Source of the DNA: Promethearchaeota archaeon | GTDB taxonomy: Archaea; Asgardarchaeota; Lokiarchaeia; Sigyniarchaeales; SOKP01 | NCBI GenBank assembly: GCA_016839705.1 | Contig: JAEOTR010000014.1 | Span: 1-64,000, forward strand | Reading direction: 5' to 3' | Length of the DNA: 64,000 nucleotides | Shown: one piece after another, positions 40,152 to 49,588 of the stretch | Numbering within the stretch: the stretch's first letter is position 1 | Layout of the letters: each line of letters starts with the position of its first letter | Position numbers and translations under genes: made by a program | The notes under the pieces: model-generated | Told to the model about the DNA's origin: nothing | The model's input: the letters and a program-made list of their open reading frames with translations, nothing else | The model's database searches: none

Positions 40152-40619
40152 TTATTTAGAATCTTCTAATTCCTTTTTGCGATCCTTAATAATTTTCTTC
40201 ATGGGTCTAAATATTAAATAATGTCCTTGTTGATATGGCCTATAACCATGAAATACTTTACCAAGTTTTGAGCCAAAATAATACCAGAATAAATATGATA
40301 TAAGTAAAAAGCAAGCGATTATTTCCATTCCAGGTTGTTGAGTAATTCTATAATCGAGTCCAAATACAATAAATGAGTTCCACAAAAAGTAACTTCCCTT
40401 ATCGATCAACGGAATATTTACCCATGGAAGAAAATTTAACCATCTCATATCAAGAATTTCAAAATATATTAAGATTTCAATAGTCCATAAGGCTGAGAGA
40501 AAAATAATTGCTAGAAAAACAATCCAGTCTTTATTTCTTCTACGTAAATATTTTCGATATAAATAAGAATTTAACCAACCAGCAACAAAACTTAGAATTA
40601 ATCCTTCTATAAATCCCAT
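40152..40619 (-). CDS. Hypothetical membrane protein
   Basis: Three hydrophobic segments; abuts the upstream SDR gene. Confidence 0.6.
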   Translation of the reverse strand: MGFIEGLILSFVAGWLNSYLYRKYLRRRNKDWIVFLAIIFLSALWTIEILIYFEILDMRWLNFLPWVNIPLIDKGSYFLWNSFIVFGLDYRITQQPGMEIIACFLLISYLFWYYFGSKLGKVFHGYRPYQQGHYLIFRPMKKIIKDRKKELEDSK

Positions 40620-41750
40620 TTAGTATTCACTTTCCAACCATTTATTTTTTTGATACCATTCTGCGGTGTCCTTAGTAGCGCTTTTATAATCTGGGAATTT
40701 GAATTTAAACCCTAACTCTTTAATTTTATTATTAGAAAAAAGATATTGATGAGTTAAATAACCTGCCATTGATAAATCGACCGGAGGTCTTGAATTTAAT
40801 TTTCTAGCTTTTTTATCATTTCTTTTACTAAGCCAAAAAAGGAATTTTGAAAAAGCTTTATAAAACGGCCACCATACTGGAAAATTAAAATAATCGACAT
40901 TTAATAAATCTGCGAGATATTCAAGGAAATCTTCTTGAAAACATACATCTATAACTAGATTATAAACTTCGCCTATTGACCTAATATCTTCTACTAGATA
41001 TACAGCCGATCTAACTAAATCTTCAATATGAATTAACGGCATTACTAAACGCTTTTTTTTAGGATATATATGTACTCCTGGTCCAAATCCAGATTTATTT
41101 ACTATTTGTATTAAATGAAAAACACCATAGATTTGATATGGTCCCAGAATCGGCGCGGATCGTATAATGGTAGCCTTCAATTGATAATTAATAATATAAT
41201 CCTTCAAAATCATTTCCTGTTCCATTTTACTAATACTATAATTATTTGGAGGGTTATAAGGTGCAGTCTCATCAGTGGGGATAGGATAACCTCTTTTATC
41301 CTTTCTATATTTGGGTTCTCCATAAACACCGCATGTACTCCAATGTATAAATCTTAATCTCTCCAGATCTTGAGTTTTAATTATAATTTCAAGTAGATTT
41401 CTTGTGCCTTCTACATTTATCTTTCTTAGAAGATTAAAAGGAGCAAAATAATCATATAAACTGGCAGGGTGGAAAATAATATCATATTTTCTCTCTTGAA
41501 ACAGATTATTAAGGGTTTTTTTATCTGTTAGATCAGCAGGGATAAAAATTATTCTCTCATCCTCCAAAATTTCAGTCATATATTTAAACCGTGGACTGAA
41601 AATTGTTTCTTTTGTCATTAATTCATTTCTCTTTTCTTTGGGTAAATCTGTTGCTATGATTTTCCAATCTGGTTTTGTTTCTAATAACTCTTTTATAAGA
41701 AACGTGCCAGTATGACCTTTAGCTCCATCCACTAAAACTAATTTACTCAA
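40620..41750 (-). CDS. Extended SDR, NAD-dependent epimerase / 3-beta-HSD-like
   Basis: DGAKGHTG, NVEGTRNLL, ST.GVYG, YSISK. Confidence 0.85.
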   Translation of the reverse strand: MSKLVLVDGAKGHTGTFLIKELLETKPDWKIIATDLPKEKRNELMTKETIFSPRFKYMTEILEDERIIFIPADLTDKKTLNNLFQERKYDIIFHPASLYDYFAPFNLLRKINVEGTRNLLEIIIKTQDLERLRFIHWSTCGVYGEPKYRKDKRGYPIPTDETAPYNPPNNYSISKMEQEMILKDYIINYQLKATIIRSAPILGPYQIYGVFHLIQIVNKSGFGPGVHIYPKKKRLVMPLIHIEDLVRSAVYLVEDIRSIGEVYNLVIDVCFQEDFLEYLADLLNVDYFNFPVWWPFYKAFSKFLFWLSKRNDKKARKLNSRPPVDLSMAGYLTHQYLFSNNKIKELGFKFKFPDYKSATKDTAEWYQKNKWLESEY

Positions 41751-41990
41751 TTTTAACCTAATTTATGTTATTTATTTACTGTGAATTTAATTTTTTTAAG
41801 TTAAAAGAGTATTAAAGGTTTCTTCAGCACTTAAGAATAAAGTTTACAAAGAAGACTCATTATTGAAATGAAGAAGTGGTTTCTAAGTAGCTTTTGATTA
41901 TTTAATACAATATTAATATACTCATATATTAAATTATCAAATTTTGCAAATTTTGTGAAGGGATCTCCGCATGAGGTTAAAATTTTGTTG

Positions 41991-42356
41991 GGTTCCAATG
42001 AAATTCAAGAAATTTTGAGTATTATAACTAGTATATCAGATTAAACAAATTTATTAGCATTAAATGCAAGCATCGAAGCAGGAAGAGCAGGTGAAAGTGG
42101 AAGAAGCTTTGCTGTGGTAGCAGATGAATTGAGAAAACTAGCTGAAGAATCTAAAAAAGCTGTTCGGAATTCAGGAGGAAAAATAAGCACCATTTTGGAT
42201 AAAATTAAATATTCTTTTACTTCAATGGAAGAAATCAGCGCATCTACAGAACAACAAACAGCATCCATGGAAGAAATTTCAGCAACATCTCAAAAATTAG
42301 GAATTCTTGCTAAAAGGCTAAAATCTTCATTAACTTCATATGGATCTACTGAATAA
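41991..42356 (+). pseudogene. Methyl-accepting chemotaxis signalling-domain remnant
   Basis: In-frame [53 protein letters not shown] at 42042-42044 replaces the conserved Gln; no sensor/TM part. Confidence 0.8.
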
Positions 42357-42507
42357 GTCACTTTTATTTTTATTTTAAATTTATTTTTAATTATTTTTTT
42401 TATATTCACCTCAATATTATCCTTGTATTATATAGAATAATATATCTAAGAAAGCTTCAAAACATTAACGAAACAAGTTTAAACAAAAAGGGGTTTAAGA
42501 TTAAAAA

Positions 42508-42666
42508 ATGAAACTAATAACGTGTCACATCCCAGAAGCCTATCTTTCAGGAATAGAAGAGTTAGTTAACATGAATTTATATCCTAATCGTTCAGAAGTA
42601 ATTCGTGTAGCAATACGGGATTTGCTGAAAACTGAACTTAGTGTAATCTTGAGGAAAAAGGACTAA
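42508..42666 (+). CDS. Ribbon-helix-helix (CopG/Arc) regulator, CdrS-like; absent from the ORF track
   Basis: Manual translation MKLITCHIPEAYLSGIEELVNMNLYPNRSEVIRVAIRDLLKTELSVILRKKD (52 aa); YPNRSE.IR.A.R signature. Confidence 0.85.
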   Translation: MKLITCHIPEAYLSGIEELVNMNLYPNRSEVIRVAIRDLLKTELSVILRKKD

Positions 42667-42950
42667 TTTAAAACACCTTTTCTTCTTTTCTTTTACAAAT
42701 CATTCATGTTAATAGGGAAGATCGATTCTCCTGATGAATATTGGGATCAAATTTTGCTCTCTTACTTAATTCATCAGCTTTGTTATGCTATTTATACCTA
42801 TACATTTCGTTAGTATTTTAAATACTGATTTGTATCTATTTTTCAAAATATATCATTTTGTGCAAAAGGTGCTTTTTTTGCTAAAAAACCTTAGTAAAAG
42901 TACAAAATCGCAATTAATCCAAAAAAGAAGAATAATATGAGGAAAATTAT

Positions 42951-43769
42951 ATGTTATTTCAAACATTTGATCGTCAAACGATAATTAGCCTTTCGGCAGT
43001 GGTATCATTAATCTCTCTTATGATATTTGGTTGTTACCTCATTTTACGAAGACGAGGAAAAGGAGTAAAATCAACAGAATTTAAAGTTTTATTCCTTTTC
43101 TTCACATCGATAATTGTAATGGTAAGTATGGTAATTATCATACAAAAAGTCTTTGATAGCCATATTTTGGCACAAGCTTTTGGTTATGTCTTTGGAATCA
43201 GTTATGTCCTATTTAGTGCATATTCCATTGCAAAATTCTTTATTAAGAAAAATAATCAATTAGACAATTTGTTGAATAATGTAATCAAGTCCAGCTCAGA
43301 TGTGGCAGTGAATGTAGCAAATATCGCGACAGAATTGGCTGCGAACGCAAGCGAGGTAAATGCTGCTGCAGAAGAGATAGCTTCATCTACTCAAGAAACT
43401 ACAAATATAACAGAAGGAATTATGAAGGCCTCTACTGAAATAGATAGTGTAAATTCACTTATTACAAGCATAGCAGATCAAACTAATTTATTGGCGCTAA
43501 ACGCTAGCATTGAAGCGGGTAGAGCGGGTGAGTGGGGAAGAGGTTTTGCTGTTGTTGCAGATGAAGTTAGAAAACTGGCAGAAGAATCAAGAAAAGCAGT
43601 TAAGGATACAGGCAGTAAAATAAGCGATACAAATAGTAAAATAAACGATTCATTTAATAACATGGAAGGTATAAATTCCGCCGCAGAACAACAAACTGCG
43701 TCTATGGAAGAGATTACCGCGACAGCAACCAAGTTAGGAATGATAGCTGAAGAACTTAAAAGTGGTTAA
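42951..43769 (+). CDS. Methyl-accepting chemotaxis-like protein (3 TM, short signalling hairpin)
   Basis: [40 protein letters not shown]. Confidence 0.9.
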   Translation: MLFQTFDRQTIISLSAVVSLISLMIFGCYLILRRRGKGVKSTEFKVLFLFFTSIIVMVSMVIIIQKVFDSHILAQAFGYVFGISYVLFSAYSIAKFFIKKNNQLDNLLNNVIKSSSDVAVNVANIATELAANASEVNAAAEEIASSTQETTNITEGIMKASTEIDSVNSLITSIADQTNLLALNASIEAGRAGEWGRGFAVVADEVRKLAEESRKAVKDTGSKISDTNSKINDSFNNMEGINSAAEQQTASMEEITATATKLGMIAEELKSG

Positions 43770-43918
43770 TGATAAATGTGGACCCTGTTAAAAAAGAGAA
43801 AGAATTTAAACCAAAGTTAAAAAAATTAGGATTAAGGATCAAAAAGTAGGAGATTCAAGAAATTTAATATAACTAATCTGAAATCTTGAAATTCCCACTT
43901 TAACTTTTTATTTTAAAA

Positions 43919-44932
43919 TTACTTTTTTAGAATTTCAATAGTTTTATCTACGATCTTTTTAGTGTTTGGGAGTGTTTGTTCTTCTAATTCTCTTGAATAG
44001 GGGATGGTATTTTCTGTACAGACACGACCATATTTAAATGATAAGCCTTCTTCTAAAAGAATGGCACATACCTCACCTGAGAGTCCGAAATTTTTGTAAT
44101 CTTCATCGACAACTAGTACGGCTTCTGTTTTTCCCACTGAATTTTTTATACCTTCTATATCTAGTGGAGCTATACATCTTAAATCTAAAACTTCAGCGGA
44201 AATACCTTTCTCTTCCAAAACTCGAGCAGCTTCGAGTGATTGATGAACACCCACTCCAACACTAACTAATGTTATGTCGCTTCCTTCTTTCATCTTATTT
44301 AATTTCCCTAAAGGAATTGGTTCCCATTTATCAGGTACTTCTCCCTCTATTCCCTGTTCAGGTACATCAAAAGAAACAGTCGATCTCCCACCAATCCCCA
44401 TATTATCAAGCCAATAATCGGCTAGTAATTTATGCTCGAAATAAATTACGGGGTTATCTTCATAAATAGAGGAAAGCATTAATCTTCCAGCATCAGCAGG
44501 ATTAGATGGAACTACAATCGATAATCCTGGGATATGAGCCAACCACCCCCATAGACTTTGTTCATGCTGCCCAGCATCACCATAGCCCCCACCACAAGCA
44601 GTTCTGATAACCAGAGGAACATTCCACTTATTTCCTGAAAAGAATGATATTTTAGCGGCATGATTAAGGATAGCATCCATTGCAACACTAATAAAATCTA
44701 CTAACATAATCTCGACAACTGGTCGTAAACCTGCCATAGCAGCAGTAACCGCTGCGCCAACAAAAGCACCTTCACTTATAGGCGTGTGCATAACTCTTTT
44801 TTTACCAAATCGAGCGAAAAGATTTAACCTCAAAGTGTGCACGTCTTCTCCCATAATAATAATATTCTCATCCTCTGCCATAGCATAGGCGAGTGCACTT
44901 TCGATGGCTTGAGCAAATCCCATTTTAGCCAT
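43919..44932 (-). CDS. 2-oxoacid/acetoin dehydrogenase E1 beta subunit
   Basis: GEDV, TPISE, GLRPVVEIM..DF, QHEQ, FEHK, DLR. Confidence 0.9.
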   Translation of the reverse strand: MAKMGFAQAIESALAYAMAEDENIIIMGEDVHTLRLNLFARFGKKRVMHTPISEGAFVGAAVTAAMAGLRPVVEIMLVDFISVAMDAILNHAAKISFFSGNKWNVPLVIRTACGGGYGDAGQHEQSLWGWLAHIPGLSIVVPSNPADAGRLMLSSIYEDNPVIYFEHKLLADYWLDNMGIGGRSTVSFDVPEQGIEGEVPDKWEPIPLGKLNKMKEGSDITLVSVGVGVHQSLEAARVLEEKGISAEVLDLRCIAPLDIEGIKNSVGKTEAVLVVDEDYKNFGLSGEVCAILLEEGLSFKYGRVCTENTIPYSRELEEQTLPNTKKIVDKTIEILKK

Positions 44933-45935
44933 TCTTAATCCCTCCTTCATAAATTTCTAATGCGTTCTTGATTATTTGTTCAATTTCTTTAGTTACTTCT
45001 TTTTCTATCTCTTTAAGACGATCTGCATCGATTTTCAGCTTTTTCTTAATAACAACAATAGGATCCATTCTTTTTTTAAATTGTCCTCCAATATTACGTA
45101 AGATCAAAAGAATTTCGTCTATATTTTCACTATACTTTTGAAGAGATTCTGAAACTTCAGCTAACATGGTAGGATTTCGATATGTTCTGACAAGTAGATC
45201 TCCAAGCATGTGCCCTTCTAAGTGCACACAACGTGCCTGAATAAACTGAGGGCCACCATCTTCACGCATTTTTGGGATTACTTCACTTACTACATTCCAA
45301 ACTGCTTCTACGTCAGTTCCATCGACTTCATATCCTTCAATACCGAAACCTTTAGCTCTTTGTATTAAATTCCCTCCCGTAGTATTATTTGTAATGGTTG
45401 AAATCGCCCAATCGTTATCTTTACAAATAAAAAGGACAGGTAAATTCCAAGCAGAGGCTAAATTCATTGATTCTAGCATCATTCCCTGATTTATTGCTCC
45501 TTCTCCAAAAAAAGCGACTGCTATGTTTTTTTTCTTTTGGTATTTCAATGCTAATGCAAAACCCGTGGCTGCGGGGCCTGATGAGCCAACAATACCTGAT
45601 GATGCAATTAAATCCTCTTTTGAAAAGAGATGCATATGACCACCTTGTCCGGAGCATAAACCCTGGGAATGACCTAAAAATTCTAGTAATAGTAAAATAG
45701 GATCGATTCCTCGCATAATTAACGGAGGGGTTCCACGATGATCAACGGCTATAGCATCACCTTCTTCTAATTGAGAAATTACGCCTGCAATTATTGCTTC
45801 TTCTCCCGTTCCAAGATGCATTTCACCGGAAATCTTTCCTTGTTCCCAAAGGTCTGTTATAGCATTCTCAAAAAGACGACTACGCAACATCATTCGATAG
45901 AGTTTCCATATATCTACTTCAGTCATTATTTTCAC
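44925..45935 (-). CDS. 2-oxoacid/acetoin dehydrogenase E1 alpha subunit
   Basis: H...GEEA, GGHMH, TPP motif GEGA...N, GH. Confidence 0.9.
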   Translation of the reverse strand: MKIMTEVDIWKLYRMMLRSRLFENAITDLWEQGKISGEMHLGTGEEAIIAGVISQLEEGDAIAVDHRGTPPLIMRGIDPILLLLEFLGHSQGLCSGQGGHMHLFSKEDLIASSGIVGSSGPAATGFALALKYQKKKNIAVAFFGEGAINQGMMLESMNLASAWNLPVLFICKDNDWAISTITNNTTGGNLIQRAKGFGIEGYEVDGTDVEAVWNVVSEVIPKMREDGGPQFIQARCVHLEGHMLGDLLVRTYRNPTMLAEVSESLQKYSENIDEILLILRNIGGQFKKRMDPIVVIKKKLKIDADRLKEIEKEVTKEIEQIIKNALEIYEGGIKNG

Positions 45936-46047
45936 TTAATTTTATTAAAACAGATTTTATTCAAATATAATAGATTTTAGATGATTCATTATAAATACTT
46001 AATCATTAATTTAAAATTTTAAAAATCCTTTTTCCTTTTCTTATTTA

Positions 46048-46923
46048 ATGCCATTTACTCATGATGATTTTGATTACATTGACGCTCACAGTCATTTTTT
46101 CCCTCCTCAAATATTTAAGGCTATTTGGAGCTACTTTGAACAAACGGATGAAAAGGGCAATATAAAAGGATGGCCGATTAACTATAAACTTCCAACAGAA
46201 GAATTAGTAAGATTTTTAGAATCACAAAATGTGAAGGCTTATACAACATATAATTATGCTCATAAGGAGGGTGTAGCAGAATATATTAATGAATGGGTTA
46301 AAGATTTTTGTATGACACATAAAAATGCTATACCATTTGGATGTGTATGGCCAGATGATGAAAATCGGATTGAGTATGTAAAAAAGATATTAGAAGATCA
46401 TAATTTTTTCGGAATTAAAATCCAACCATTAGTTCAAGAATTTTATCCTGATGATAAAAGGATGTATGAAGTCTACAATTTAATATTAGATCAAGGAAAG
46501 TGGATATGTTTTCATGCGGGTACAGCCCCTTACCGCAATAAATACGTCGGATATAAAAATTTTGTAAAATTCCTGAATAAATACTCGGATATGAATTTAT
46601 TAATAGCTCATATGGGTGCATTCGAATATAAGAAATTTTTACACCTACTTGATAAACATGAAAATCTTTATTTAGACACTACGATGATATACATTCCAGA
46701 TAATATATTTCCTGAAAGAAAGTCGAAACGCCCAAAACCAGAAGAGTTGATTTCTTATCAAGATCGAATTTTATTTGGGAGTGATTTCCCTAATATTCCT
46801 TATGCGTATCAATTTTCCACAAAAGGTCTGTTAGAGCTTGAACTCCCAAAAAATGTATATCAAAATATTTTTTTTAATAACGCAAAGCGTTTATTTAATA
46901 TCACTGTAGAAGAGCTAGACTAA
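46048..46923 (+). CDS. Amidohydrolase_2 family protein
   Basis: IDAHSH, FHAG, AHMG, LFGSDFP. Confidence 0.88.
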   Translation: MPFTHDDFDYIDAHSHFFPPQIFKAIWSYFEQTDEKGNIKGWPINYKLPTEELVRFLESQNVKAYTTYNYAHKEGVAEYINEWVKDFCMTHKNAIPFGCVWPDDENRIEYVKKILEDHNFFGIKIQPLVQEFYPDDKRMYEVYNLILDQGKWICFHAGTAPYRNKYVGYKNFVKFLNKYSDMNLLIAHMGAFEYKKFLHLLDKHENLYLDTTMIYIPDNIFPERKSKRPKPEELISYQDRILFGSDFPNIPYAYQFSTKGLLELELPKNVYQNIFFNNAKRLFNITVEELD

Positions 46924-47764
46924 AAGCCATTACTAGCATCCCTGCAGCAATTCCTAATATAGATAGATGTTCTTTACCCAAAGAACGCGACATTGGGAGT
47001 AATTCGTCTAAGGAAATATAAACCATAAACCCACCCACTACAGAGAGCATTGCGCCTAATAAAACTTCGTTGATAAAGGGAAAAAGCACTAATCCAACTA
47101 AAAGGGCTCCTATTGGTTCACTTATTCCTGAGATAAAAGACCACAGGAAAGCTTTAAATTTGTTCTTATTATGTAAGGAAATTGTTGTTGCTATAGCAAG
47201 TCCTTCAGGAATATTATGTAATGCTATTGCAACAGTAATTAATAGTCCGAGTTTAAATTCTTTTAGAGTTCCTATAAAGGTTGCCATCCCTTCAGGAAAA
47301 TTATGAATAAAAACACCCAAAGTTACTAACAATGAAGTCTTTCTCAATTGACCTTGTTGAGATAGTTGCTTGTGATGGCGAAAGCGACGATGTTGATGAT
47401 TTTGACCACCATTTCTAGGTCCATTCTTATGTTGTCGGTTATTTCTACCAGAAAAATAAGGTATTTCTTCTAAACTTGAACTATCTTCAAATTCATAATA
47501 ATGTGTGACTGTAATATCAATTAGGAGCATTAGGCTCATTCCTAATAAGAAAAATAATATCCCAAATAGTATCCCGTTGGTTTGAATACCTTCTTGTAAT
47601 AATTCCACGAACGAAACTAGAATCATTACTCCTGCTGAAAAACCCATTATAAAAGAAATAACTTTATTGCTAGGTTTTTTCATAATAAGAGCAATAATAC
47701 TGCCTACAGAAGTTGATAAACCTGCAATTGTACTTAATAGTAAAGCAGTGAATAGAGGTTCCAT
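46901..47764 (-). CDS. zupT: ZIP-family divalent metal transporter
   Basis: HNFPEG and HNIPEG, SEPIGA, DELLP; His/Arg-rich loop. Confidence 0.88.
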   Translation of the reverse strand: MEPLFTALLLSTIAGLSTSVGSIIALIMKKPSNKVISFIMGFSAGVMILVSFVELLQEGIQTNGILFGILFFLLGMSLMLLIDITVTHYYEFEDSSSLEEIPYFSGRNNRQHKNGPRNGGQNHQHRRFRHHKQLSQQGQLRKTSLLVTLGVFIHNFPEGMATFIGTLKEFKLGLLITVAIALHNIPEGLAIATTISLHNKNKFKAFLWSFISGISEPIGALLVGLVLFPFINEVLLGAMLSVVGGFMVYISLDELLPMSRSLGKEHLSILGIAAGMLVMAFSLALLQ

Positions 47765-47830
47765 TTTTCAAGTGTAATTCTTATTGTAGGTTAAAATCTA
47801 AATCAAATTTTGGTTTAAAAGTGTAAAAAT

Positions 47831-47844
47831 TTAGACGAGTCTAA
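47831..47844. promoter_or_regulatory. Palindrome TTAGAC-GA-GTCTAA, DtxR/MntR-like metal operator
   Basis: Perfect 6-bp arms about 70 nt upstream of the ZIP gene; TTAG...CTAA resembles DtxR-family boxes. Confidence 0.55.
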
Positions 47845-48077
47845 TTTATGTAATTAAAGGTACATATAAAAAGATTATGAAATCAAATACAATAAAGATT
47901 ACGATTATCATAACAAGATTTAATAAGAAATTCTATATTTAAGTAAAAATTAGTAATTAGATTGACGTAATATTTTTTGTTGTCAGAGTATTTAGAGTTT
48001 CTTAAAAATAATGATACTATTTATAATGTAAATTCCTTTTTTTATTTAATGTTTAAAGTACTAATTTGGATAATATT

Positions 48078-48569
48078 ATGAGAAAAGTCACCGATGCGGA
48101 TAAATTGCTTTATTACGAGAGAAATTTTGTCACATTAGATGGTTTATGGATGTTGGAAACTGAAAAAGTTCTGGGATGGGATAAAGCGTTAGAAATAGAT
48201 AATACAGTATGGATTAGGCTACTTAAAATAATAGTAAGAAGAATTAAAAATTATTTAAAAATCGAGACGAATACATTACTCGATCTTGTTGAGATCATTA
48301 CTTTTAGATGGTCAATTGAGGGTTGGAATTATAATGTAAACAAAATCTCAGAATCAGAAGTAATTATTGAAGTTATTGGGTGTCCCTATAAAGCATCAAT
48401 GGATAGAAATGAAGATCGTCATAATAAAATCCCTTTAATATGCAAAAATATGTGTAGTATCATTTATAATGCAATGACTGAAGAGTTCAGCCCAAAAATT
48501 AAACTGGAAAGAAAGACATTCATGGGATTGGGGGATAAAAGTTGTGAATTTCACTTTAAAGAATCGTAA
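48078..48569 (+). CDS. DUF6125 / ATC-hydrolase / V4R-like small ligand-binding protein
   Basis: DGLW..E, CP, C...C, G...CEF.F. Confidence 0.65.
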   Translation: MRKVTDADKLLYYERNFVTLDGLWMLETEKVLGWDKALEIDNTVWIRLLKIIVRRIKNYLKIETNTLLDLVEIITFRWSIEGWNYNVNKISESEVIIEVIGCPYKASMDRNEDRHNKIPLICKNMCSIIYNAMTEEFSPKIKLERKTFMGLGDKSCEFHFKES

Positions 48570-48579
48570 TGATGAATGA

Positions 48580-48996
48580 ATGAGCCAACTAAAGCCCAAA
48601 TGGAGAAATATTGATTATTTAAAAGCAGTACCAGCTTTTATATTTGGAATTATTATTTTTTATTTTTCTTCTCTAAGTAACCCTTATCTAACACCACCTT
48701 CTGAACAGGTGTCTACATTTTTAAATCCTCTTTTGCATATATGTGAATATGCTTTCTTATCATTTCTAATCTTTTTTGGGTTCTTTTCTAAAGTAAAAGC
48801 AATCTATTTGCTAGCATTTTCATTTTTTTACGCATTCTTGGATGAAGTTCACCAGTTTTTCGTCCCTAATCGCTATTTTGATGTTTTTGATCTCATTATT
48901 GATTTTGGAGGAGTGGTCTTAGGATTTATATCTTATTTAATTGTAAAGAAATTGTATACCATCTTCAAGGAGAAACAAGAAAACAGTAAACTATAA
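48580..48996 (+). CDS. VanZ-like membrane protein
   Basis: H..EY..L, DE.HQ.FVP.R.....D...D..G. Confidence 0.88.
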   Translation: MSQLKPKWRNIDYLKAVPAFIFGIIIFYFSSLSNPYLTPPSEQVSTFLNPLLHICEYAFLSFLIFFGFFSKVKAIYLLAFSFFYAFLDEVHQFFVPNRYFDVFDLIIDFGGVVLGFISYLIVKKLYTIFKEKQENSKL

Positions 48997-49031
48997 TTTA
49001 TATCCGATATTAAAGATTTTGAACCAAAAAT

Positions 49032-49475
49032 ATGACTATTAATAAAAAACAAGTTGTTGTTATCATTTTAGGGATTTTCTCAATCTTAATAGTTTTTTTT
49101 GCTCCATATGGGTATCATATAGATTTAGGTCCGGGACCTAACGTTCTAATGGCAGTATTCTGGGACTTTTCAGATTATATTGGGTTCCAAATATTAGCAT
49201 CACTAGAGTATTTTCCGTATTATCTCTTTCGAATTGTTGTTCTTTACGAACTATTAAGATTTTTCCAAGAAAAAGCATCGAAAAAAAAAGTCATCATCGC
49301 AGCAATTGTTAGCGAATTGATACCATTGATCATATCAATTCCTGGAGCACTTTTTCTCAATTCAGAGGGGGAAAATTATATTCCTATAATGATCTCGATT
49401 CCGATATTACTTTTGTTCGTTCTACCTTCTGTGATGTTATTCTCATTTAAAACTAAGAATAAGCAAATAGAGTAA
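49032..49475 (+). CDS. Hypothetical membrane protein
   Basis: About four hydrophobic segments. Confidence 0.6.
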   Translation: MTINKKQVVVIILGIFSILIVFFAPYGYHIDLGPGPNVLMAVFWDFSDYIGFQILASLEYFPYYLFRIVVLYELLRFFQEKASKKKVIIAAIVSELIPLIISIPGALFLNSEGENYIPIMISIPILLLFVLPSVMLFSFKTKNKQIE

Positions 49476-49588
49476 TTAGGTTGAAAGTAACTAGGAAAGC
49501 ATATTGTAAAGTGGCTCCAATTAATTTTATAGCTAAGCAAATGCTAAAAAATTATAATCAAGATCCAATAAATTCCATTATTTATTTT

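Noticed and set aside
42731-42777. Hairpin CTGATGAAT...ATTCATCAG as a possible SECIS element, and an overlapping 35-codon ORF
   Set aside because: No in-frame TGA selenoprotein candidate nearby; the ATGA is Watson-Crick paired rather than in a GA quartet; the ORF has no motif.
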